The notes under the pieces are model-generated. The model was not told the origin of the DNA and searched no databases. It saw nothing but the letters and a program-made list of their open reading frames with translations. A stretch of 64,000 bases of DNA from Perkinsus olseni (lineage: Eukaryota): positions 1 to 64,000 of the forward strand of contig JABANN010000088.1 in assembly GCA_013115125.1 (NCBI GenBank), written 5' to 3'. The stretch's first letter is position 1; each line of letters opens with the position of its first letter. A program made the position numbers and the translations under genes. Below are positions 12,598 through 23,300 of the stretch, one piece after another.

Positions 12598-13029
12598 CTA
12601 CTGAGGGGTCTCAACAACAGTGGTAGTTTCAACATCAGAAGTTGACGATGGAGTGGTAGAAGTACCAGAAGACTCGGTAGTGCTAGCAGGAGCAGCAGCA
12701 GTGGTAGTGACAGGCATCTCCGTTGTACTGCCCTCAACAGGAGATGACGATGTACCAGGGCCAGCAGTAGTGGGCTGCTCCCCACAGGCGATAGGCTCTC
12801 CAACACAATCAGCATCGGCGGGCTCGAAGCATATCGAACCGTCGGCCTTCTTAACCAGACCGAAGCAGACAGTCGGGGACTGCCAAGACTTGCAGTAAGA
12901 ATCGTACTTCGACTTGGCGCAGCCATCTACATAAGAGCACATCTGAGCACACGGGTCCTGCTCAGTGGCAGCCACCAGTGACAGGGTGGCGACGGCGATG
13001 GCGGAGAGAGGAACGATGAAGGAACGCAT
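12598..13029 (-). CDS. Intronless secreted protein: signal peptide, 8-Cys domain, Ser/Thr-rich mucin-like tail
   Basis: MRSFIVPLSAIAVATLSLVAA; CAQMCSYVDGCAKSKYDSYCKSWQSPTVCFGLVKKADGSICFEPADADCVGEPIAC; TTTAAAPASTTESSGTSTT tail. Confidence 0.8.
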   Translation of the reverse strand: MRSFIVPLSAIAVATLSLVAATEQDPCAQMCSYVDGCAKSKYDSYCKSWQSPTVCFGLVKKADGSICFEPADADCVGEPIACGEQPTTAGPGTSSSPVEGSTTEMPVTTTAAAPASTTESSGTSTTPSSTSDVETTTVVETPQ

Positions 13030-13279
13030 GGGATTGATAGACCGTAAAAGTGAGAACTGAACTGAAAGAAGAGAGAACAATCACCACATTCCCATTAGTT
13101 TGATGACACTCGTTACTGAACACTGATGAGTCTACCGTTCTAGCATAGCTCCTCGGCGCCGAACACACCCTTCTGTGTGTGGCCTCTCACTATGGCGCAA
13201 CACAGTTTCTTCGACACGATAATGATGGACGACTCAGCTGCAACTTGTAACCATGCTCACAGCCGGTGTATGGTCATCA

Positions 13280-13748
13280 TCATCTGCCTTTGGCACAGTT
13301 CTTAGTGGCGATACAATTCTTAAGTATCCCGTAGGGAGGTGTTTCGCCGTGCATTTTCTGTCCGGCGAAGCATTGGTGATAGTCAACGGCACGAGACTGA
13401 AGAGCAAGACTGACTTCGCCTTACATCAGCAAACCTCCTACCTCAGATAGGTCGAGCGTTTGCTTCCCATACACGCATCGTATCACTTCAGAGCACCGAT
13501 TGCCTTTGCCTCCTGAGGATGCCTCTCATCCGGCGAGTCCGTGCACAGGAAGAGCTACCTTCGGGGCCGTTAGCCTCCGGCCCTTCATGATCGTTCAGGC
13601 ACGCAACTAGCTCAGGATTACAGTGATTTTCTGCGCACTGGAAGTTGACAGCTGCATTGCCGTCCAATGCAGAGGTTCTCTCTCTCGACAGGTGTATCGC
13701 TACCGACACTCCGAGGCCAGTCTGTATTAATAGACGCCGGCCTCGCAT
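13280..13748 (-). CDS. Small 8-Cys protein (3 exons), Cys spacing similar to the VDE/VDE-like Cys-rich domain
   Basis: Spliced reading CAENHCNPELVACLNDH...GNRCSEVIRCV...SE|SRAVDYHQCF...ETPPYGILKNCIATKNCAKGR*. Two canonical introns restore the frame; 5' end uncertain. Confidence 0.55.
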
Positions 13749-13848
13749 GAGTGAGAATGAGTATTAGCTGAGCAGCGGAGCGATGCAACTTCAGTGACCA
13801 ACACGACAACAATAATGATAGACGACACCGAACCCTGGCATGTCCCAT

Positions 13849-14285
13849 TCAATCCCAGCCTAGCTCAGCGTCATCATAGTCTACATTTGGAGTGTCATCG
13901 GCGCTCTCGAAGAAGGCTCCACTGTGATGGTGCTGCTGATGGCGATGCAGGTGGGTGTTATCAAGTGGCATAGTCTCGGGGTCGTACTGGCTTAATATAG
14001 GGTCCCTCTGCTCTATGAGGCGCATCTCATCTGATCATACCCAACTGTGCATCCTATAGGCTCTTCCTCCTTCTCACCTTCCCTGCTCTTCTCAGCACTC
14101 GAGAAGAGGTTGTCAAGCCACGCCTTGAATTGCTTGCCATTCATGAAGGAACTCTCTTCATCTGTCGCCGCTGGATTCACGTGGCGCCCGAGCATTCGTC
14201 TGCGATGACGATGATGACGAGAGCCGAGCTGACTGAAGCTGGCAGGTGGGTGTCTGATGAAAATCGGTCGAACTCGGATGACCAC
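13849..14285 (-). CDS. Small hypothetical protein (probably 2 or more exons)
   Basis: ...SSFMNGKQFKAWLDNLFSSAEKSREGEKEEE followed by a segment ending GAFFESADDTPNVDYDDAELGWD*. Start uncertain. Confidence 0.4.
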
Positions 14286-14817
14286 TGCTCACAGCGCGAT
14301 CGCCACCATCGAAGACCTTGGGCTTTCCCTTACTTATCAGATGTCGATGGCAATGGGCTACCGGTGGCAGAACTACCCTGGGGATGGTCGACCGATGAGA
14401 TGCCGAGCACAAGTGTTGCCCAAAATATGAACAGTCGCCGTCGCGCGATTATCCTCGACATAGAAAAGTATTAGCTGCCATTGGGAAGCGTTTAGTGAGA
14501 CCGCACCTCCGCCTGCATACCAGAATTCCTCAGGGACTCACCGCAAGAGTGAATTGAGTAACTCGACCGAAGCAGCGGAAGCGGAAGAAACAACTTATCT
14601 GCACCTGCTGCGCCGTCGTTCCAGACGAGGGTTGTTGTGATGACAGCAGTAATCGTCTGGTAGTGTACGCAGCGTTGGAGGAGTTATGAGTGGACTAAGC
14701 CAATACCACGGGAATGTTACTTTGATGATGTTGACAACAAACTATAAACAACTACTTTACAACTAGTAGTAAAAACCTAATAGTACTACAGGACAATCAT
14801 TAAAATCATCATCGGTA

Positions 14818-15456
14818 TCACTTAACACCACCCGTGTCACCATCGAATCCAGCGAAATCCAAGTTCGACATCAGCTGATTGTCGAAGGTGACAGTTGCCC
14901 TTTGACTAGATTGATGCTCTATGCTCCCTGAGGTTGACACCATGCTGCTCCGCCGCCTAAGAATGCCCCCTCGCTTGGTGTCACCAGAGTCCATATCATC
15001 CAGTCCCAGGGATGAAACAATTCCACTCGGAATCAACGGTATCACTTCTTTCGACCTCTCGGAACAGGTGACGGCCGGCATAGAATACCTCCTCTTAGCT
15101 AACTTTGTCGCTCTTACGTCGGGCGTATCCTTCAACTCTTTCTCGGCTTGTCGCCAAAGTGCCCTATGGTGGCTACTCAGACTTATCATCGCGTTAGCGA
15201 ATATCCTGTCGGCAATCTTAGGCGTCCTGTCCTCGGCAAACGGTAGAGCTTCACTGCAATCCGGTACGGTATGCCGTCGTCGGCTCATCGATGATCTTTT
15301 TGCCGGAGTACTTCCATCGCCGTGCCCTTGCCAAGCCTGACGGTCCGAAGCCTCTTTGGCAGTTCTTTCGAGTAGCTCCTGAATGGCCGCCAAATCGGCC
15401 TCTGATAAGCCAGCAAGGTCACCTGGAATATCCCTTCTCCGTCCCTCTTCGGACAT
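14818..15456 (-). CDS. Intronless hypothetical protein, 212 aa
   Basis: Uninterrupted ATG-initiated ORF with several RRxS motifs, divergent from the heme oxygenase gene. Confidence 0.6.
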   Translation of the reverse strand: MSEEGRRRDIPGDLAGLSEADLAAIQELLERTAKEASDRQAWQGHGDGSTPAKRSSMSRRRHTVPDCSEALPFAEDRTPKIADRIFANAMISLSSHHRALWRQAEKELKDTPDVRATKLAKRRYSMPAVTCSERSKEVIPLIPSGIVSSLGLDDMDSGDTKRGGILRRRSSMVSTSGSIEHQSSQRATVTFDNQLMSNLDFAGFDGDTGGVK

Positions 15457-15681
15457 TTACTGGTCGAAACGAAAGTGCAACAGCGGAAGCAAACGATGTT
15501 GTGACGCGTGAGAAGCTCCGCAAAATTCCCGTTTTGGCGCGCGTTAAAACGACTTACCAGCAGCCGGATGTCCCTTAAACGTCCAAAGATGTCAAATCGG
15601 AAATCGTCCCATAGTCTCCAGGAGGTTGCTTAGTGCTCCCACACCTCACACTATGTAGTCGAGGCACTATCCCTCCTTCAG

Positions 15682-16869
15682 ATGTATTTTTCTAAGTCAG
15701 CAGCACATGCCAACGGCTATCCCTATTTAAGCTACGAGCCTTTTGATAGTACTATCGTGAGCCCGTTGGTCAGTGTTGAGTTGAAGAAGGTTGCCGCCCA
15801 TTACCCTACCATCGAGAAGGAGGGCTGCCCTTTCAAAGTTGTTACCGGTCTTCGGGGGCAACTGCTGGACCTGCCCGACTCTCCCAAAGCGCATGATGGT
15901 GCTGAGGACGGCTCTCAGGCCCACCCAGTCGTCCACAAGGTCTCCGTCGAACCGGTCACCCGCAGACTGAAGCTCGGGACGTCGAAGCTGCACAGGGCGG
16001 CTGAAAACGTCCTGTACGTGAGACGCTTTCTAAAAGGAGGGGTCTCTCGTGAGGAGTACGTGCAGGTCATCCTTGGCCTCTATCATGTATACTCCGTTAT
16101 GGAGGGTAGACTGGACACCGCAGTCCAGACTGGCATCCGGCTCTGTAAGGCTGTGGACTTCCCAGAGGTGCGCCGGGTCGACTCTCTTAGGCGCGATCTG
16201 AACGAGTTGGTCGGGGTTGAGGAGGCTGAGAAGCTCATCGAGTGTCCCTTGAGACCAGCGGTCAGGGGCTACTGTGATCGACTGAGCAGCATTCCTCCCA
16301 CTCTTCTGCTGGCACATTGCTATACGCGGTACCTTGGTGACTTATCCGGAGGGCAGAGACTGAGAAAGGCAGCTAAGAGGCATCTGGGCCGCGATTGCCC
16401 TACTCACTTTTATGAGTTTGAGGAGATTGGTGGTAATTGTCAAGTTATGAAGGACAGGTACAAGTCAGCGATCGATAGCTGCACGATTGTTGCTGACGTT
16501 GCTGATGCTTTGGTGGAGGAATCTCTCTGCGCGTATGCACTCAACGTGAAACTTTTCGAGGAGATGGATTACATCAACGGCTATGATAGTCGTGTCCGGA
16601 CCCTGCAAGAGATCATGGACTCAGCTCAGTCTGGCACCTCCGGGCTGAACCTTCGCCAAGGTCAGCAGGCTCCTGACAAAAAGGGGAGGTGCCCCTTTCT
16701 CCTCACCAAGATAGAGCCCAGATGCCCTTGGCCGTTCATTCTGTTAAACGATCCCCTCACAGGATTTAGACAGCATCCCATCAAGAGTATAGGGCTGAGC
16801 ACCGGTGCTGCCCTTACTGCTGCTTTCATTGCCTGCTCTGTTGTTTGTCGCCGGTTTTCTTCGCAGTAG
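15682..16869 (+). CDS. Heme oxygenase with CP motifs and C-terminal membrane anchor (intronless)
   Basis: LKLGTSKLHRAAEN (proximal His), LYHVYSVME, FPEVRRVDSLRRDL, LLLAHCYTRYLGDLSGGQ, FYEF; hydrophobic tail IGLSTGAALTAAFIACSVV. Confidence 0.93.
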   Translation: MYFSKSAAHANGYPYLSYEPFDSTIVSPLVSVELKKVAAHYPTIEKEGCPFKVVTGLRGQLLDLPDSPKAHDGAEDGSQAHPVVHKVSVEPVTRRLKLGTSKLHRAAENVLYVRRFLKGGVSREEYVQVILGLYHVYSVMEGRLDTAVQTGIRLCKAVDFPEVRRVDSLRRDLNELVGVEEAEKLIECPLRPAVRGYCDRLSSIPPTLLLAHCYTRYLGDLSGGQRLRKAAKRHLGRDCPTHFYEFEEIGGNCQVMKDRYKSAIDSCTIVADVADALVEESLCAYALNVKLFEEMDYINGYDSRVRTLQEIMDSAQSGTSGLNLRQGQQAPDKKGRCPFLLTKIEPRCPWPFILLNDPLTGFRQHPIKSIGLSTGAALTAAFIACSVVCRRFSSQ

Positions 16870-16949
16870 CCGAGCGGGGTCGTATTTTATATTCACCTTT
16901 CCAACACATTTTGAAGCCCATGTGTTTTAGGAGTTTCTCACTGTAGTTG

Positions 16950-19900
16950 ATGTTCACCATGTGATAACGTCTCGTACAGCAACAGTCCTGTGGAGTTGAC
17001 AGTTTTCTCTCAATTCACTGAAGGACCCGCGGAAGGGTAGGGAGGCCTCTCAATCGTCTATGGAATGTAGTTGGGGTCCCCTCCCTCCTGCCGTGTTAGC
17101 GTGCTTTTTACCTGCACGTCCTCAAGTATCATCACCAGTGGTGGCTCCGCTAATCTGCGACTCTTACCGAAGATCTTCAACTCTTATCGACACTATTGAA
17201 GCGACAGCTTACTACGATATCGGACCTGAACTGTAATAGGAAACAAGGGCGGCTTCTCTGGCCTCAGAGAGGCTAGTAGGCCGCGTATAGAGATCATTGA
17301 TGCTCCTTCAGTGCTCTGAAGGATATAGTCAGTTTATCATCAGTGGTAGGAGGTATGATGCCAAGGGACGCTGGCCCTTCGTTGGTCATCCCTACCACTA
17401 CTGCTGCTGCCCGATCGCCTCAAGCAGAGGTCCTTGATGTAGTGTCTGCAGTACGGGAGAAGGAAGAGGCAGGCCAAGGGTAGTATGGGGCTGGAACTCA
17501 CCGCTCCGTGATGTAGAGGACCCCACGTAACGCTGGGTGAAGTGTGGTCATGCTGAATGCCGTCAAGTAGCTTCGAATGTGTTGTTGCAGAGGGAGAGGA
17601 TGCCACCAGTAGCGTGAAACTTTGCCGATTTTTTGGACACTATATCGGAGCGGTTACATGTTTCAACTCTTTACTTTCTTTCAGTGTGTCGACACATGAT
17701 ACGCGCTCCGCTGATGATGAAGATGTGGAAAAGCCGCAGACGGGGCCATTGCATGGTCTGAAGGCTCCAATTAGTGTTGTTGTCATGGCTGATGAGAAGA
17801 CGTACAGTTGCAAGGGTCTGGTCACAGAAGAACTAATGAGTCGGTCATTTTCACTCATTTTCAAGACGATGGGTCTGTCCATCAGATACGGTGGAGGCGG
17901 AAGCAGGGGCTTGCAAGGCTCAGAGGGCTCTGGATCTGGCTATGTCATACGCTATGAGCACCCAGCTCAGTTCAGATGTACTCACCATCACGGTATTGAG
18001 TACCCGAGTAGCGTGTCGTGTTACAGAGTGCCGCCCAGCTTGTAGCATGGCGAGCAGAGAAGGATAGACTGCATGAGGAGAAGGCGGAGGCAGAGCGCGC
18101 ACGGGCTGAGAAGGAACGGTCATAAGGGGGGAGCGATGCGTGGTGCTATTGGCTTGGACTCTTTGACGCCGTGAATTCTCTGCTGCAGTTTGTCTAGCAC
18201 CCGGTTTGTCGTCTTACGTTGGAGACTGTGATCAGCATTCCTAGCGGATGACAGTGTCTACTACGGTATTAATAAGGGTGTAATTATTATATGAAGATAC
18301 AGCATTTATATTAATATTATTAACTTGTTATAATATTAGCCATATAGACATTATTCCTCTACAATATTATAATATTTCAGTTTAGTATGGTATTTGTCTT
18401 ATCACGCACAATCTGTGGATACTAGGGGTATCTTATGATATTAGTTCTGTATTTATTGATGAAATTGTATACCGAAATATACACAGATTGCTTATGTGAT
18501 TATTGATAGTATTTATGATAAGTTATTTTAATATTAATATGATATTTATGAAAAGCCTGATGGTTCGTGTAGAGACCATTTCCTATAGATCAACCTGTGC
18601 TGTTGAATCTTGCGGACGCTTGTGTCCGTCGCCTCTTTGAGTGGTAAAGCTCACTGCTGGTTCTTCAGATTAGCACGTTCAGTCTACGATGATCGTGTTG
18701 CTCGCTGGGTAACCTTGGATGCTCAAATATCGGAGGCCCTTGCCGGAATAGATGTCGGAGCATTCCACCGGGATGCTATGCGCTTTGCCGAGTGTGATTG
18801 GAGCCATGTACCATTGATAGGAGGGGAGGAGGGAGCGGAGGCTCAACAGATAGTGTAGTACGGGGAGAGAGGGTCGGCGAAGGATGTGTATTCCTGATTC
18901 TCCTGGAGCTCGCCAGAGGCCAACCTCTGGTTCCTCTTCATTGTGGTGTACGGGATATTCACTGTTGAAATAATTCAGGGCACTTTGGTGAAGTGAAGTA
19001 TCGTCAAGTGTCTGATTTTCCCGTCCTGGATTGTGTTCTAACGATAATGAAGCCTCGGCTGTTGAATCATGTCGCATGAGTCATCAGTTACGAACTGGCT
19101 TCCCATCCTTCAACTCCTCGATCTAGCGTGGTTTCATCGTAGTGCATCGAGGACAGGCTGATGGTCGTCAGGTTCCAATCAGAAGCTAATGCAAGGGCCA
19201 AGTTATTAGCAGTGGACTTCGATGAAGTGCTCGAAAGTCATGCTGCGGGACAGCTGGCTGAAGGAGACTCAGTTGCTTTGCATTGGCGGAGGGTGAGTAG
19301 CACGGCCCTCTCGTCGTGGTGGGCTCGCGAAATGAAAATTTTGGTATTGAGATTTCCCAGCGGACTTGCGTCGAAGCCTTGGTATGCATCAGATGATTGA
19401 CGTAGAGGCAGGAGCATCATCATCACCCCTCACACCACAAGGAGATGATGCCAAGGCCTCCTCGGGTCCCGAGAGCGTTGTGAGGACGCACACGGAGGGT
19501 ACGGAGCCCCCTTACAGGAGCCTATCTAGTGAGCTCGTTGAGAGGTAAGTAATAAGACCATGGGCTGTATCATAGAGCCTCTATGGGCCGACACTTCAGT
19601 ACCATACGCTAGTAGTTGATATGTAGTAATAAGGGCGAGTGTGAGATATTTGTCACACCCGGATAGCTGAAGCTACGAGTGTTCGTGTCGTGGATGCATA
19701 AGTCAGAGACACCAGAGCGGCTTCAGTGACCACTTGTTGCGACTTCCACACTGATTTAGAATTTGTTGATGTGTGTGATGCCTTCTGACTCTCTCCTTGG
19801 GCTACTTGTGCTCGCCGGGCTCGCATTACGTCACGGATGATGTTTGACTGCAGTTGTGGGTCGCCACGGATCTGATGTCGTGGTGGTGTGGTAGGTGCAG

Positions 19901-20390
19901 ATGCGGGGCTAACGGGCGAAGGAGGTTGGACGAAGCTGGCCTCCTGTGTGTGAATTGTGATGGCTATGTGGACTCTCGCTACCCTCCTGAAGCGTATCTT
20001 GAGGTTGAGCTCAGTCGGACGATCGACGGACCTAGAACCTTAGTTGACAAGCTTTCACAGTGAGTGGGGGGGGGCGCAGTGGCTCGTCGCATCTGTAGGT
20101 TTGCCTACATCCACTCCTAGTATGAGGAGAGCCTCATCGTTGAATGTTCATCGTATTGTTGTTGTCGTTGATCAGTTCTTCGGTCCCGAGCGCCTCCCCC
20201 TACCGCCACCGGTTCAGCGTCCTCTCCCTCAACAAGATCACCGCTCTTGTTGTATGTTTTGATATCAATAGGATAGACCGATTGCGTCGTGGGTTGAGGG
20301 ACCTCGACCTTCGAGTCGCGGGGATCTTCGACGCTGATGTAAGTCCAAGCTCGAGCGTCATCAACCATCACGGCTGGTGTCCATTCAGGG
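16950..20390 (+). CDS. Multi-exon hypothetical protein(s), with a Cys4 ribbon-like segment near the 3' end
   Basis: Spliceable exons e.g. FLADDSVYY|DQPVLLNLADACVRRLFE|LARSVYDDRVARW..., and CRCG...LLCVNCDG near 19900-19960. Both ends uncertain. Confidence 0.35.
18266..18560. other. AT-rich island within an intron (~18266-18588)
   Basis: Abrupt shift to very high A+T (ttaatattattaacttgttataatatt...) in otherwise roughly balanced DNA. Confidence 0.85.
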
Positions 20391-20397
20391 TCGCCCT

Positions 20398-23300
20398 ATG
20401 GCATCACTACCGATGCTGCCTCCCCGGCGGGTTGGCTCCAGTAGCGGTGGAGGTGAGTACAGTAGTGAGGAGTCCGAGGCTCCACCACGCCATCGGGAGG
20501 GTAGCAGGCAACGATCTCAGAAGGGCGAGGGGCTGTCCCCAGCACCACCCCCGCCGACGACTACTGAACCCCCACCACCACCACCACCACCACAAGCGGA
20601 GATCATGCCGGAGATCACCCAGGCTTCTCAGCCTGCTCCTCCCCCTCCGCCACCTGCTGCCCCTGTTGCAGGCATGTGGCCTATGCAAGCAGGCCCCCCT
20701 CCTATGATGGCCCCTTGGGGCATGCCTCAGGCGACGGCGGTTGGGTACGCCCCTCCAGCGGGTGGTGGATGGGGCGCTCCGGCTGTGGACCCTCAGTGGT
20801 TACAGCACTTTCAAGCCGTGTATCAAGCTAGTGGTGGCCACTTCGACGCCCAGGCCCTGCAACAGCAGCAACAGTTGGCCATGCAGATGATGATGTCAAC
20901 ACAACAGCAGGTGCCCCCGCCAACAGGGGCAGCAGCGGCAGCAGTGTACGGCAGTAGCGCCTACCCCTTCGTCCAGCAGCAGCAGCAGCAGCAGCCCCCT
21001 TCTAAGGGTGGGGGAGGGTCTCTTGGACAGCAACCTAGGCGATGAGCAGCAGCAGCAGGAGGAGGTGCATCTTTGTACTTACCATTTCTACATTTCTGTC
21101 GACCGTGAGTGTAGAGTTCGAGTGGGCTGCTGCTGCTGCTGCTGCTGCTGCTGCCGAGTGTCTTCCCTGGTAGCTGCAGTGGGCGCCGTTGATGATTAAA
21201 GGGGTGCCTCGCTGCTATGTATGCGCACTAGAAGGGGTCGTCGAATCCTACCTGGAGAGTCTTCACGATGATAAAGGTGAACTTGAACCCTACGCGAGGT
21301 GACTTGACTTATCCTAGCAGGCTCGCAAGAGTCCCCGTCCTCCTCCTCTTCGTCACCATTGGCTGCTCCTCGGTGTATTTCCAGAGCGAAGGCCAGCACC
21401 TCTTGCGACCGTTGTTGTGCGAGGAACACCCCAGAGTAAGCATTCCTCCTCAGTTGGTAATGCTTGAGGGAACAGCATAAAAATCGAAGCGTGTTGGTTC
21501 ATCATCGTCATCGTTGTAGTAGCCGAGTCCCGTCCCTCGAATGGACGGTTTCAGGTTGTTATGTTACCGCTTTGCGCGTGTTGGAGTAAAGTACTTCCCG
21601 CAAGGTCTGTCTTGTCATATCTGTGGTGATGCTGTTGAGTCTTATGAAGGAGAAGAAGAAGAAGGCGGAGGAGGAGGCGGAACTGTCTGTCTCAAGTGCT
21701 TCGAAGTGAGTACAGCTCATGGATGTGTCCGACTTGGGATTCGAACCTGCGACCTTTGCCTTCAACTTTCAGACAGCAGTATGTGATAAACCGGAGTGTC
21801 AGTCAAAGGCCGGGTATGTGCCGCAGTTGGTCATCGAGAAGCCTCTCGCCAAGCCCTTTCTCTGCCTCCACTGCCTCGAGCTTACCTTCACGTGCTGCTG
21901 CGACGAGGCTAAGGCGATTCAGAGGCGACTTATGTAGTAGCTTCGCTCCGCTCTCAAGTGTTGCAGGTTTTTATTTTTTCAGACTCGAACAGCCTTTGAA
22001 CCTCGATGCCCCTTTCTATTTTATGATGAACAGCCACGCCTTGACTCCGCAACCTATAGAGCACTTCTACGTCCATTCTCTGCAAGCGCCGAGGCCTCAA
22101 CTGGTGCATCGCCCCTCCCCTTGCTGTCCCTCCTAGTGGAAGTCTATACTCCCTTCAGGTAGCTCTGGGAAGGGATAGTGCAGGAGCCCCCCAGAGGGTC
22201 ATCACTGCCCTCAAGCTGCTGGATGTTGTTGCACATCGGAGTACCGTGAGACGGTGGACGGTGAAGGAGCATCAAACCCTCAGGTAGACTGCCTCCTAGT
22301 ACCCTTCCTCAATTAACTGCTCAGACGTGTTTTATCCAAACTGCAAGAGCCGGCCTACCGGCGAGAGAAGCTGAAGGTACTCAATCTTGAAGGCCTCTAT
22401 CACTGCGATGGTCTTGTCCCTCAGAGTGTGCCTGCTGATGTCTCCCGGACGAAATCGGAGGCTATATGGTTGCTCAAGGAAAGCGAGAAGTGGTGCCTCC
22501 CAGTACCGGCCTGGACAGCTCTGTGAGCTCCTGCTGCTCCCCTATTCACCTATTGACCGTCACAACTCTCTTCAGAATGTATTTGTACGAATGTTCGGTC
22601 CACGAGGAGTACTTGTTATCCCAAGCTGCTAGGAAGGTGCATACGAGAGTGTGCCGGATACTCCATAAGGGCTCTGTCGATAGATGGTCAGTCAATGAGC
22701 TGCTGGACAAGGTAGGGCCAGGGTGGTGGTGGTGTCGGCAGCCACAGGGCACCCTAGGACGGTTCGCAATGCGTCTAAGAGGTTACCAGTCTGGATGGTC
22801 CCAGCACGATACACAAGTGGTGACGAATAGGTGTCGATGTTTTTCTGAGTCTACTTGCTTTAACCGTAATAGCAATAGCTTTTAAGCGAGGCGCCCGCGT
22901 TCGAACCTCCCGTCATGCATTTCGCTCCCCTCAGATATGGCCTTCGATGGAAAAGAAGGTCTTCTTTCGCTCTAGTCAAACTCATAGGGTGAAGCGTAGC
23001 GGAGACGAGCACATATACAAGCACAGTGGGGCGATGCGCCGACAAATGGACGTAGGTCCTCGCGGGTCAGGCTTTGGTCGCCTCTGTCTTGCCCTATTGC
23101 CGCTGCCGTTGGGGCTCCTACACTCGGCTTATGTCTGTCGTCCATCCACTTGCATCTTCTCCCCTCAGCGATTCTGTCGGGGTCTTGTGAGGCGACTAGT
23201 CCGCAATGCTGCTTGGAACATACTCAGTTATCGTCGATGGCATTACATCCGGACGATAGCAGAAGAGGGTGAGGCTCCCGGGAGGGCCCGCGTTCAGTGG

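Noticed and set aside
21127-21153. Poly-Cys/Leu/Ala ORFs from (CTG)n tracts here and at ~24898-24926
   Set aside because: Intronic microsatellites.
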